Below, one piece after another: positions 1 to 12,204 of a DNA stretch of 64,000 nt (within the stretch, counting starts at the first letter, position 1; every line of letters begins with the position of its first letter). The notes beneath the pieces are model-generated. The model saw only the letters and a list, made by a program, of their open reading frames with translations. It did not search any database and had not been told where the DNA came from. Origin of the DNA: Eledone cirrhosa (Eukaryota); the NCBI GenBank assembly GCA_964016885.1, contig OZ024764.1, positions 8,928,001 through 8,992,000 on the forward strand, written 5' to 3'. Position numbers and translations under genes: made by a program.

Positions 1-3000
1 CCCATTGCTATAGGTTCATAGACCCAGAATTCCCAAAGTCTCCATTGCTATAGGTTCATAGACCCAGAATTCCCAAAGTCTCCATTGCTATAGGTTCATA
101 GACCCAGAATTCCCAAAGTCTCCATTGCTATCGGTTCATAGACCCAGAATTCCCAAAGTCCCATTGCTATAGGTTCATAGACCCAGAATTCCCAAAGTCC
201 CATTGCTATCGGTTCATAGACCCAGAATTCCCAAAGTCCCATTGCTATCGGTTCATAGACCCAGAATTCCCAAAGTCCCATTGCTATCGGTTCATAGACC
301 CAGAATTCCCAAAGTCCCATTGCTATAGGTTCATAGACCCAGAATTCCCAAAGTCCCATTGCTATAGGTTCATAGACCCAGAATTCCCAAAGTCCCATTG
401 CTATCGGTTCATAGACCCAGAATTCCCAAAGTCTCCATTGCTATCGGTTCATAGACCCAGAATTCCCAAAGTCCCATTGCTATCGGTTCATAGACCCAGA
501 ATTCCCAAAGTCCCATTGCTATAGGTTCATAGACCCAGAATTCCCAAAGTCTCCATTGCTATCGGTTCATAGACCCAGAATTCCCAAAGTCCCATTGCTA
601 TCGGTTCATAGACCCAGAATTCCCAAAGTCCCATTGCTATAGGTTCATAGACCCAGAATTCCCAAAGTCCCATTGCTATAGGTTCATAGACCCAGAATTC
701 CCAAAGTCCCATTGCTATAGGTTCATAGACCCAGAATTCCCAAAGTCTCCATTGCTATCGGTTCATAGACCCAGAATTCCCAAAGTCTCCATTGCTATCG
801 GTTCATAGACCCAGAATTCCCAAAGTCCCATTGCTATCGGTTCATAGACCCAGAATTCCCAAAGTCCCATTGCTATAGGTTCATAGACCCAGAATTCCCA
901 AAGTCCCATTGCTATAGGTTCATAGACCCAGAATTCCCAAAGTCTCCATTGCTATCGGTTCATAGACCCAGAATTCCCAAAGTCCCATTGCTATCGGTTC
1001 ATAGACCCAGAATTCCCAAAGTCCCATTGCTATAGGTTCATAGACCCAGAATTCCCAAAGTCCCATTGCTATAGGTTCATAGACCCAGAATTCCCAAAGT
1101 CCCATTGCTATAGGTTCATAGACCCAGAATTCCCAAAGTCCCATTGCTATAGGTTCATAGACCCAGAATTCCCAAAGTCCCATTGCTATAGGTTCATAGA
1201 CCCAGAATTCCCAAAGTCCCATTGCTATAGGTTCATAGACCCAGAATTCCCAAAGTCTCCATTGCTATCGGTTCATAGACCCAGAATTCCCAAAGTCTCC
1301 ATTGCTATCGGTTCATAGACCCAGAATTCCCAAAGTCCCATTGCTATCGGTTCATAGACCCAGAATTCCCAAAGTCCCATTGCTATAGGTTCATAGACCC
1401 AGAATTCCCAAAGTCCCATTGCTATAGGTTCATAGACCCAGAATTCCCAAAGTCCCATTGCTATAGGTTCATAGACCCAGAATTCCCAAAGTCCCATTGC
1501 TATAGGTTCATAGACCCAGAATTCCCAAAGTCTCCATTGCTATCGGTTCATAGACCCAGAATTCCCAAAGTCCCATTGCTATCGGTTCATAGACCCAGAA
1601 TTCCCAAAGTCCCATTGCTATAGGTTCATAGACCCAGAATTCCCAAAGTCCCATTGCTATAGGTTCATAGACCCAGAATTCCCAAAGTCCCATTGCTATA
1701 GGTTCATAGACCCAGAATTCCCAAAGTCTCCATTGCTATCGGTTCATAGACCCAGAATTCCCAAAGTCCCATTGCTATCGGTTCATAGACCCAGAATTCC
1801 CAAAGTCCCATTGCTATAGGTTCATAGACCCAGAATTCCCAAAGTCCCATTGCTATAGGTTCATAGACCCAGAATTCCCAAAGTCCCATTGCTATAGGTT
1901 CATAGACCCAGAATTCCCAAAGTCCCATTGCTATAGGTTCATAGACCCAGAATTCCCAAAGTCTCCATTGCTATCGGTTCATAGACCCAGAATTCCCAAA
2001 GTCTCCATTGCTATCGGTTCATAGACCCAGAATTCCCAAAGTCCCATTGCTATCGGTTCATAGACCCAGAATTCCCAAAGTCCCATTGCTATAGGTTCAT
2101 AGACCCAGAATTCCCAAAGTCCCATTGCTATAGGTTCATAGACCCAGAATTCCCAAAGTCCCATTGCTATAGGTTCATAGACCCAGAATTCCCAAAGTCT
2201 CCATTGCTATCGGTTCATAGACCCAGAATTCCCAAAGTCTCCATTGCTATAGGTTCATAGACCCAGAATTCCCAAAGTCCCATTGCTATCGGTTCATAGA
2301 CCCAGAATTCCCAAAGTCCCATTGCTATCGGTTCATAGACCCAGAATTCCCAAAGTCCCATTGCTATAGGTTCATAGACCCAGAATTCCCAAAGTCCCAT
2401 TGCTATAGGTTCATAGACCCAGAATTCCCAAAGTCTCCATTGCTATCGGTTCATAGACCCAGAATTCCCAAAGTCCCATTGCTATAGGTTCATAGACCCA
2501 GAATTCCCAAAGTCTCCATTGCTATCGGTTCATAGACCCAGAATTCCCAAAGTCCCATTGCTATAGGTTCATAGACCCAGAATTCCCAAAGTCCCATTGC
2601 TATAGGTTCATAGACCCAGAATTCCCAAAGTCCCATTGCTATAGGTTCATAGACCCAGAATTCCCAAAGTCTCCATTGCTATCGGTTCATAGACCCAGAA
2701 TTCCCAAAGTCCCATTGCTATAGGTTCATAGACCCAGAATTCCCAAAGTCTCCATTGCTATAGGTTCATAGACCCAGAATTCCCAAAGTCTCCATTGCTA
2801 TAGGTTCATAGACCCAGAATTCCCAAAGTCCCATTGCTATCGGTTCATAGACCCAGAATTCCCAAAGTCTCCATTGCTATCGGTTCATAGACCCAGAATT
2901 CCCAAAGTCCCATTGCTATAGGTTCATAGACCCAGAATTCCCAAAGTCCCATTGCTATAGGTTCATAGACCCAGAATTCCCAAAGTCCCATTGCTATAGG

Positions 3001-3480
3001 TTCATAGACCCAGAATTCCCAAAGTCCCATTGCTATCGGTTCATAGACCCAGAATTCCCAAAGTCCCATTGCTATAGGTTCATAGACCCAGAATTCCCAA
3101 AGTCCCATTGCTATAGGTTCATAGACCCAGAATTCCCAAAGTCCCATTGCTATAGGTTCATAGACCCAGAATTCCCAAAGTCTCCATTGCTATAGGTTCA
3201 TAGACCCAGAATTCCCAAAGTCCCATTGCTATAGGTTCATAGACCCAGAATTCCCAAAGTCTCCATTGCTATAGGTTCATAGACCCAGAATTCCCAAAGT
3301 CTCCATTGCTATAGGTTCATAGACCCAGAATTCCCAAAGTCTCCATTGCTATCAGTTCAGGGTTCCAGGACACCAGAAGTCTCCATTGCTATAGGTTCAG
3401 GGATCCAGAATTCCCAAAGTCCCATTGCTATCGGTTCAGGGATCCAGGACACCAGAAGTCACCCTCGCTATAGGTTCAGG
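1..3480. repeat. 39/40-bp tandem satellite (CCCATTGCTATAGGTTCATAGACCCAGAATTCCCAAAGT), runs off window start
   Basis: Near-identical monomers with only two recurring variants (A/C substitution, +1 nt) and a GAATTC in every unit; degenerates at 3350-3480. Confidence 0.98.
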
Positions 3481-3504
3481 GACGCCTTAATAATATTTAT
3501 GGTA

Positions 3505-3835
3505 ATAATTGTTTCTACTTTTGGCACAAGGCCAGCAATTACCCAGTGCATTACTGGTACTTTATTTTATCGACACCGTAAGGATGAAAGGCAAAGTTAA
3601 CCTCGGCGTGATCTGATTTAGGCAGATTACCATCAATTTGAGTGAGAGAGGGGTAAGTCGATTTAATCAACGCCAGTGCATTACTGGTACTTTATTTTTA
3701 GGCACAAAGACAGACATGTTTGTGAGAGGGGGAAGAGTCAATTTAATCAACGCCAGTACGTTGCGTTACTTTATTTTATCGACCCTGTACGGATGAAAAG
3801 CAAAGTTAACTTTGGCGGGATTTGAGCTCAGATCC
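3505..3835 (-). mobile_element. Partial, tandemly arranged tRNA-derived SINE copies (family with GCCTTTCATCCTTACGGGGTCGATAAA core)
   Basis: Reverse complement of the family seen at 52268-52460; the conserved core resembles the Meta-SINE domain from memory (unverified). Confidence 0.7.
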
Positions 3836-4258
3836 AGACGACCGTGTGAGTGAAATATTTACAATAATTTATTGTGTTTCGGTCTACAATTGTTTCTATT
3901 CGGCTAGTCTTTGGTTCGGTGATAGAAAACTGTTTATTTTAAAGTGTTTATATTTATCTAAAAACCTTCCATCATAGTTTTATGTAAGAACCTTTGATAA
4001 GTTATGTTCCAAACACCGACTTAACAATGAGAGTCAATGTTTGATTGCTTGATATGTTTATTTATATGTCAATCGACATTTAATTTTATTTATACGTATA
4101 TATAAATATATATATATATATATACAAAAAGTTATGAAACGAAAGGAGCTGTGTGGTTACACGGAGATATATATGCATGTAAGTTAACTTGTGAAATAAA
4201 TAACATTATACACACATGTAAAATATACAATATACACACACATATTTCTCTCTCTCTC

Positions 4259-4293
<35 letters not shown>

Positions 4294-4383
4294 AAAGTTA
4301 TATTTAAATTGTTGGGTTACAACGAGTAAATATTTATAACTGATATAAAAGCACTCAACAAGTATTTGGAGTATATTTACGTG

Positions 4384-4449
4384 TATTTTGTCTGAAGAAG
4401 GCATAACATATTTTTAATATGATATCCCTGAAATATATATAATGAAATA
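4384..4449 (+). ncRNA. Hammerhead ribozyme-like motif (type I, minimal) in a (TA)n-embedded element
   Basis: TATTTTGT-CTGAAGA-AGG...CCT-GAAA-TATATAT-A-ATGAAATA: both catalytic boxes, palindromic stem III and a wobble stem I. Confidence 0.55.
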
Positions 4450-4489
4450 AATATGGTTTTATAAATATAATTTCCATTTATTTAATATC

Positions 4490-4549
<60 letters not shown>

Positions 4550-4639
4550 ATGTGTATGTGTACATATATACATACACACATGTGTATATATATATATATG
4601 TGTGTGTGTGTGTATATATATATAATGATTTCCTTCAGC

Positions 4640-5470
4640 TAGTGCTGGACTCGAACTGGTCCCAAGTAGTCACCTCCCAACAAGAGGTCACAATCATGAA
4701 GTCTTCTTGTGAACGTGACCTGGGCATTACTGTCAACAGCGATTTGTGTTTGACGAAGCACATCTCTAAAATTGTCAAGAAGGCCGAGGGTGTCTTAGCA
4801 TCACTCAGCAAGACCTTTGTCAGCCGCTCTCCAGTTATCTATTTAAAGCTGTATATGGCTATGGTTCGCCCACACTTAGAATTTGCATCACCCGTCTGGA
4901 ACCCTTATCTTGTTCAGATATTGACCTCCTGGAAACTGTTCAGAGACGTGCAAAACCAAACGAATACCCTCCATCAGGCATCTACCATACTCTGAACACC
5001 TTGCTTCTCTGGATCCGATGTCTGGCAACTGACTTGGTAGACACCCACAAAATTATTAACCATCTTGTCAACAACAACCCTGAGCACCTTTTTGATTTCC
5101 ATGTGTCTAACACCCGTGGCCATGCCTACAAAGTCAGAAAACAGCACAGCTCCCATGACTTTCGGAAACATTTTTTCCCGCTCAGAGTTGCTGAAGCATG
5201 GAACAAACTACCTGCATCAGTTGTTAGCTGCCAAGACACTGCATCCTTTAAAACCTCCATGGAACAAACTACCTGCATCAGTTGTTAGCTGTCGAGACAC
5301 TGCATCCTTTAAACCCTCCATGGAACAAACTCTCTGCATCAATTGTTAGCTGTCGAGACACTGCATCCTTTAAACCCTCCATGGAACAAACTACCTGCAT
5401 CACTTGTTAGCTGTCGAGACACTGCACCCTTTAAAACATCCATGCTTCCTGAAATTCACCGACACAACAC
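4640..5470 (+). mobile_element. 3' fragment of a CR1/L2-group LINE ORF2 (degenerate)
   Basis: Peptides ERDLGITVNSDL, LYMAMVRPHLEFASPVWNP and TRGHAYKV...RKHFFPLRVAEAWNKLPASVV are typical CR1-group ORF2 C-terminal motifs; frameshifted. Confidence 0.85.
5198..5443 (+). repeat. 61-bp tandem repeat (4 copies) inside the LINE 3' end
   Basis: ATGGAACAAACT recurs at 5198, 5259, 5320 and 5381. Confidence 0.92.
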
Positions 5471-5769
5471 CTGATATTCCCCCCTCCATGTAAACATGTA
5501 TATCATGACTCATACACTGTTCACTTTCCTGACATTTGTACATTATTCTATGTACTATACATGCACCTTTGGTGAGTTGTAGTGCACCTGAGCACTGTAC
5601 ACAATCATTTCATCATTATTATTCAGGTTAACTTTGCCTTTCATCCTTACGGGGTCGATAAAATAAAGTACCAGTAATACACTGGGTAATTGCTGGCCTT
5701 GTGCCTAACGTAGAAACAATTATTGTTATTTATATATATATATATATGTGTGTGTGTAAAAGGTAACAC

Positions 5770-5912
5770 AAGCTTGGTTGGTGTTTTGGTGATCCAGCGT
5801 GATCAACTGGAGGCAGTTACTTTTGACAGGACCCGCTGGAAGGTCTGTTTAAGGAGTCTGGACCAACAACACGACCCCTTTCTCGCGAATAATAAGTTGA
5901 CGAAGAAAAAGA
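5770..5912 (+). mobile_element. RTE LINE 3' end fragment (family 2)
   Basis: Similar to the 3' ends at 13600-13727, 14430-14628 and 58200-58340. Confidence 0.65.
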
Positions 5913-6059
5913 TGATGTATAATTATTTCAAAAGATGTATTACCTGAAAGGGCCTCAAATTTCATCAACATAGCTCAGCAGGGACATAACCGGTATAGAT
6001 TTCCAGACGACCATTACCGCCATCAACACCAGCAGGCGAGGGAGGAGGTGTGCGTATCA

Positions 6060-7013
6060 ATAGAGAGAGGGGGGGAGAGAAAGAGAAAAGGGGTGGAAGA
6101 AAGAGAGCGGGAGAAAAAAAGAGGGACGTAGTGAGAAAGAGAGAAAAAGAAAGACAGAGAAGGAGTAAAGGAGAAAGAAAGAGAGGGAAGAAAAAAGAGA
6201 CAGACAGAGATATAGATAGGCGGAAAAAGAGAGAGAGAGAGAGTGACAGAGACATAGATAGACGGAGAAAGAGAGAGAGTAATAGATAGGCGGAGAAAGT
6301 GATAGAAATAGAGAGGGGGAGAGAAAGAGAAAAAGGGTGGAAGAAAGAGAGCGGGAGAAAAAAAGAGGGACGTAGTGAGAAAGAGAGAAAAAGAAAGACA
6401 GAGAAGGAGTAAAGGAGAAAGAAAGAGAGGGAAGAAAAAAGAGACAGACAGAGATATAGATAGGCGGAAAAAGAGAGAGAGAGAGAGTGACAGAGACATA
6501 GATAGACGGAGAAAGAGAGAGAGTAATAGATAGGCGGAGAAAGTGATAGAAATAGAGAGGGGGAGAGAAAGAGAAAAAGGGTGGAAGAAAGAGAGCGGGA
6601 GAAAAAAAGAGGGACGTAGTGAGAAAGAGAGAAAAAGAAAGACAGAAGGAGAAAGAAAGAGAGGGAAGAAAAAAGAGACAGACAGAGAGAGAGAGAGACA
6701 GAGATATAGATAGGCGGAGAAAGAGAGAGAGAGAGTGACAGAGACATAGATAGACGGAGAAAGAGAGAGAGAGTAATAATAGATAGGCGGAGAAAGTGAT
6801 AGAAATAGACAGAGAAATAGAGAGGGAGAGAGAAAGAAAGAGAGGGAAGAAAAAAGAGACAGACAGACAGAGAGAGAGACATAGATAGTGCGGAGAAAGA
6901 GAGAGACATAGCTAAGGGGAGAAAAAGTGACAGAGACATAGATAGGCGGAGAAAGAGAGAGAGTAATAGAAAGAGACATAGAGAGGGGGAGAGAAAGAAA
7001 GAGACTGAAAGAG
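6060..7013. repeat. GA-rich compound low-complexity repeat with ~245-bp higher-order period
   Basis: The block GGGTGGAAGAAAGAGAGCGGGAG...GAGGGACGTAGTGAG occurs three times. Confidence 0.9.
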
Positions 7014-7071
7014 ATGTATAGTGCTATATACACCGTATTAAATGGAGAGATAGTGTTTGTTTACAAGTTTG

Positions 7072-7104
<33 letters not shown>

Positions 7105-7633
7105 CTAACAAGCATATCATGAACAAATTTTTACATTTTCTATATATTTTATCTGAGGGGGACATATTTTGCTTTATGTTATATATAAAACTTTACATCT
7201 TCGAAATATATATAATGAAATAAATAGAGATGATATAAAGTATATATCTTTCGTATATTACTATTATATATATATATAAATGAAAAGTATATATATATAT
7301 ATATATATATATAACCCTCCCAAAGTATAACAATAGCTGTTTCAACACACGTTTCAAAAACCAATTATGTGTATATATGTATATATATATAAATATGTGT
7401 GTGTATATGTATGAGTGCCGGGTTCATTCGGGGGAAATCACAGTTAGTTAGGTACTCAATACATTAGTAGAGTGTAAACATCATATTTAATTTAGTAATA
7501 GCTTCTACAAGACTAGAACTGTTACATTTGAAGGAAATCACCGGGAAAGCCCTGTTGATTTTCTTCGAAGTAAATAGTTCTAGTCTTGTCGAAGCTATAC
7601 ACATATATAGGCATATATGTGTATATATGCGTG

Positions 7634-7670
<37 letters not shown>

Positions 7671-7972
7671 ATAAACGAGGAAGTTTCGTTTACATATGAA
7701 AAATATTTTACACCAAAGCAAATCTTGCTTTGGTGTGAAATATTTTTCATACGTAAACGAAACTTCCTCGTTTTTTCTATCTGTCTGTACATTGAGTGCT
7801 TCATTTAGTACCAACACCAATATTTCACCGTATTACCTATATTATATATATATATAAATATATAGTAATAATAATAAATGTATATATATATATACACTAC
7901 GATACTACAATTATTAGCGGCTAGCTGCTTACAGTATAAATATGTTAAAACAAAGCACCTTGTCATGTGTTA

Positions 7973-8044
7973 TCCCATGTGGTCTAGTGGTTAGGATTCC
8001 TGGCTTTCACCCAGGCGGCCCGGGTTCGATTCCCGGCATGGGAA
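7973..8044 (+). tRNA. tRNA-Glu (anticodon TTC)
   Basis: 72 nt; acceptor stem TCCCATG/CATGGGA, anticodon arm CCTGG-CTTTCAC-CCAGG, T-loop GTTCGATTC, A and B boxes intact; TATAAA ~35 bp upstream. Confidence 0.97.
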
Positions 8045-8050
8045 CACTGA

Positions 8051-8068
8051 TTTTTTATTTTTTTTTTT
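8051..8068 (+). terminator. Pol III oligo-T terminator of tRNA-Glu
   Basis: T6 followed by a longer T run, starting 7 nt after the tRNA 3' end. Confidence 0.85.
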
Positions 8069-8307
8069 ATTACCGGATAGAGTATCGGTAGAGGGTCAGA
8101 CGCCATGCTTTGACGCATAGTTACGGCCCTTTCCATTCCGAGGTCAACTTTGCCTTTCATTCATCCTTACGGGGTCGATAAAATAAGGTACCAGTAATGT
8201 ACTGGGTTTTTGCTGGCCTTGTGCCTAAAGTAGAAACAATTATTTTTATTATTGTTCTACTTTTGTTATAGATGTTATACATCCTTTTTACAGTCGATAA
8301 CATACAT

Positions 8308-8409
8308 GCAAGTGTCCCCCAAAAATGTATACACACTTCAAGAACATTCTAATAAATATTGCCTGTACAGGTAATCAAAATGTGTATACATTTTGGGGGA
8401 CACCTTGTA
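8308..8409. mobile_element. Tc1/mariner-type MITE
   Basis: Terminal inverted repeats (AAGTGTCCCCCAAAAATGTATACACA / TGTGTATACATTTTGGGGGACACCTT) in TA context; related partial copy at ~60227-60345. Confidence 0.7.
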
Positions 8410-8519
8410 TATATAAATATTTTTTCCATTTGTGTGTGTTTATATACATATCCTACAGTATAACCATATATGGTTGGTCCACACTGTAAATGTGGTTGGT
8501 GTTAGGAAGGGCATCCAGA

Positions 8520-9090
8520 GCATAAGAGGAATCAAATGCTGTGTGCAGGAGAGGCGGTTGTGCTGGTATGGACATGTGATGTGTATGAAGGATGACAGCT
8601 GCATAAAAAGGTGCAGAGCACTAGAAGTCGATGGAAACCGCGGAGTGGGGAGACCCAAGATGACCTGGGATGAGGTGATAAAAGCCGACCTTACCCAATT
8701 ACACCTCTCAAAGGCGATGACACACGACCGTGACCTCTGGCGTCACGCAGTAATACAGAGTACCCGACCTCCCATGGGTACAAACTGAAGCATATAGACA
8801 ATATGCCCCCACACCGCAAGGTGGTCGTGGAGGTGTCACGGCAAAAGAGCACCCAGCCCACACTGTAAAGTGGACGTGTAGGCACCACGAAAAAGCACCC
8901 AGCACTCACTGTAAATGAGGTTGGTGTTAGGAAGGGCATCCAGCTGTAGAAATCAAGCCAAATCAGTTCCTGTATGAGCAGGGCATGGTCAGCCGACCAG
9001 ACACTGCCCACAACAGGACAACCCGTCTAACCCATGCTAGCGTGGAAGGACGGACGTAAAATGGTGATGATTATGATGATGATGATGATC
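8520..9090 (+). mobile_element. Composite retroposon: RTE ORF2 3' fragment + SINE body + (GAT)n tail
   Basis: IRGIKCCVQERRLCWYGHVMCMKDDSCIKRC...GRPKMTWDEVIKADL is the RTE C-terminus; same junction order recurs at 44303-44741. Confidence 0.85.
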
Positions 9091-9210
9091 CAGCCGTAGA
9101 AAACCTGCCAGATAGCCCTATATGAGCGAGACACAGTCACCCGACCAACCTTGCCTCAAGTGGGACAACTCCCGTCTAACCCATGCTAGCGTGGAAAGTG
9201 GGCGTTAAAC

Positions 9211-9243
<33 letters not shown>

Positions 9244-9329
9244 ATTTGTTTATGAATCTGTTTTGCGAGATTCCTTATCTGAAAACGTGTGTTGAAACAG
9301 ATATTGTTATACTTTGGGAGGGTCATGTT

Positions 9330-10490
9330 TGCGGGGGGGGGGGGGGGGGGGGGCTGTGTGGAGGAGGTGACGTCAGATGTGGACGCTTGACCGGAGGCGG
9401 AGGAGGAGTGAGGGGAGATGCATTTCCGGGGCGGCATCCGGAAGTCTTTTTTTTTCAGGGCGACTTTGGAGCAAGACGGACGTACCGGATTAAGCTGCAG
9501 CTTGGCGACTTTGGAGCAAGACGGACGTACCGGATTAAGCTGCAGCTTGGCGACTTTGGAGCAAGACGGACGTACCGGATTAAGCTGCAGCTTGGCGAAT
9601 TTGGAGCAAGACGGACGTACCGGATTAAGCTGCAGCTTGGCGACTTTGGAGCAAGACGGACGTACCGGATTAAGCTGCAGCTTGGCGACTTTGGAGCAAG
9701 ACGGACGTACCGGATTAAGCTGCAGCTTGGCGAATTTGGAGCAAGACGGACGTACCGGATTAAGCTGCAGCTTGGCGACTTTGGAGCAAGACGGACGTAC
9801 CGGATTAAGCTGCAGCTTGGCGACTTTGGAGCAAGACGGACGTACCGGATTAAGCCGCAGCTTGGCGAATTTGGAGCAAGACGGACGTACCGGATTAAGC
9901 CGCAGCTTGGCGACTTTGGAGCAAGACGGACGTACCGGATTAAGCCGCAGCTTGGCGACTTTGGAGCAAGACGGACGTACCGGATTAAGCCGCAGCTTGG
10001 CGACTTTGGAGCAAGACGGACGTACCGGATTAAGCCGCAGCTTGGCGACTTTGGAGCAAGACGGACGTACCGGATTAAGCCGCAGCTTGGCGACTTTGGA
10101 GCAAGACGGGCGTACCGGATTAAGCTGCAGCTTGGCGACTTTGGAGCAAGACGGACGTACCGGATTAAGCTGCAGCTTGGCGACTTTGGAGCAAGACGGA
10201 CGTACCGGATTAAGCTGCAGCTTGGCGACTTTGGAGCAAGACGGACGTACCGGATTAAGCTGCAGCTTGGCGACTTTGGAGCAAGACGGACGTACCGGAT
10301 TAAGCTGCAGCTTGGCGACTTTGGAGCAAGACGGACGTACCGGATTAAGCTGCAGCTTGGCGACTTTGGAGCAAGACGGACGTACCGGATTAAGCTGCAG
10401 CTTGGCGACTTGATGATAACGACGAAGATTGATGCCCAGCTTGGAGTAAACCAGCAGACTCACGGTAAGTGGAGTAGCTTTCTCACCTCA
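9330..10490. mobile_element. Probable solo LTR carrying an internal 45-bp array
   Basis: Starts TG and ends CA, flanked by direct repeat ATGTT (9325-9329, 10491-10495); interrupts an element that is intact at 21905-22195 (…GGGTCATGTTGCCAATAA…). Confidence 0.7.
9459..10411. repeat. 45-bp tandem array, 21 copies (GGCGACTTTGGAGCAAGACGGACGTACCGGATTAAGCTGCAGCTT)
   Basis: Exact 45-bp period with few substitutions. Confidence 0.98.
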
Positions 10491-10587
10491 ATGTTGCCAA
10501 TAAATATACACACACCTGTTGGTTTTCACTTCAATTTATTATAAATTTCCATTTGATTGGTTGGTTCGATAACCGGAAGGTTCTTTA

Positions 10588-10884
10588 TCATCATCATCAG
10601 CATCATTTCATTTTACGTTCACTTTTCCCTGCTTGCAAGGGTGGGACAGGAACTGATTCTGGCTTGATTTCTACAGCTGGATGCCCTTCCTAACACCAAC
10701 CTCATTTACAGTGAGTGCTGGGTGCTTTTTTGCCGTGGCACCTCCACGACCACTTTGCAGTGGATTGATAGGGACCCCAGTCCCTATCATCTCATTTCTA
10801 CAGCTGAGTAAACTGGAGCAATGTGAAATAAAGTGTCTTGCTCAAGGAAACAACACATCACCTGGTCTGAGAATTGAACTCACA
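10588..10884 (-). mobile_element. tRNA/CORE-type SINE with RTE-derived tail, 5'-truncated
   Basis: CORE-like CCTTGAGCAAGACACTTTATTTCACATTGCTCCAG and tail CCCACCCTTGCAAGCAGGGAAAA...(GAT)n on the minus strand. Confidence 0.85.
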
Positions 10885-11060
10885 ATGTTTATATATTGTC
10901 AAATATCTTTCATCACACATTCTGTGACCTTCTCAGTGACTAGGTTTTTATTTTGTGTCTCTCCTTTGTTCTGTCCTATACCGTTTTGTTTTTGTGTGTT
11001 CGGATCTAGCTGTTGAAGTTGAAACAGCTAGAGCTCAGCCGTTGGGGTCCTGACTCTTTT

Positions 11061-11106
<46 letters not shown>

Positions 11107-11134
11107 ACTTAGGGAAGTTGGTGACAAAGGACAG

Positions 11135-11912
11135 CAACACCACACCTACAACACTAGACCACCAACACTGCACCACCAACACATGATACCACCAACACAC
11201 CAACACACCACACCACCAACACAACACCACACCACCAACACCAACACCAGACCACCAACACACCACAACACCACAACACCACCACACCACCAACACCAGA
11301 CCACCAACACACCAACACACCACAACACCACAACACTACACCACCAACACAACACCACACCAGCAACACCAAACCACCAACACCACCAACACAACATCAC
11401 ACCACCGACACAACACCACACCACCAACACCACCAACACCAACACCACACCAGACCACCAACACACCACAACACCACCACACCACAACACTACACCACCA
11501 ACACTGCACTACCAACACCAGACCACCAACACACCAACACACCACAACACCACCAACACCACAACACTACACCACCAACACCACCCCACCAACACAACAC
11601 CAAACCACCAACACCACCCCACCAACACATCACCACACCAGCAACACAACACCAAACCACCAACACCACCACACCACCAACACCACACCACACCACCAAC
11701 ACCAGACCACCAACACACCACCACAAACACAACACCAAACCACCAACACCACACCAACACCACACCACCAACACACCACAACACCACAACACTACACCAC
11801 CAACACCACCCCACCAACACAACACCACGCCAGCAACACCACGCCAGCAACACCACGCCACCAACACAACACCACACCAACACACCACAACACCACCACA
11901 CCACCAACATCA
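11135..11912. repeat. (CAC/CAA)-rich cryptic low-complexity tract
   Basis: Almost exclusively C and A. Confidence 0.95.
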
Positions 11913-12204
11913 TACCATTAATAAACAACAATACAACTTTGAAATTTTCATTTTAATTTTATTTTAGAAAAAATAAATTTCCATCAGAAAAATCTGTTAA
12001 AAGATTTCAATTTATTATTAATATTATTTCTAATCTAGGCACAAGGCCAGCAATTTGAAGGAAAGGGGGAAGTCAATTAAATCAACCCCAGTGCATAACT
12101 GGTACTTTACTTTATCAACCCCGTAATAATGTAAGTCAAGGCTTAAAGCCGCTGGGATTTCAATTCAGAACTTAACTTTATATTTTCTGAGTTCAAATCA
12201 GAAG

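Noticed and set aside
96-3147. MGLWEFWVYEPIA repeat ORFs
   Set aside because: Translations of the 39-bp satellite, broken whenever a 40-bp variant occurs.
9186-10544. 425/432/331-aa ORFs
   Set aside because: A consequence of a 45-bp (multiple of 3) array; no recognisable domain.
11135-11956. His/Thr/Pro-rich 257-aa ORF and Val/Trp/Cys-rich antisense ORFs
   Set aside because: C/A low-complexity tract.
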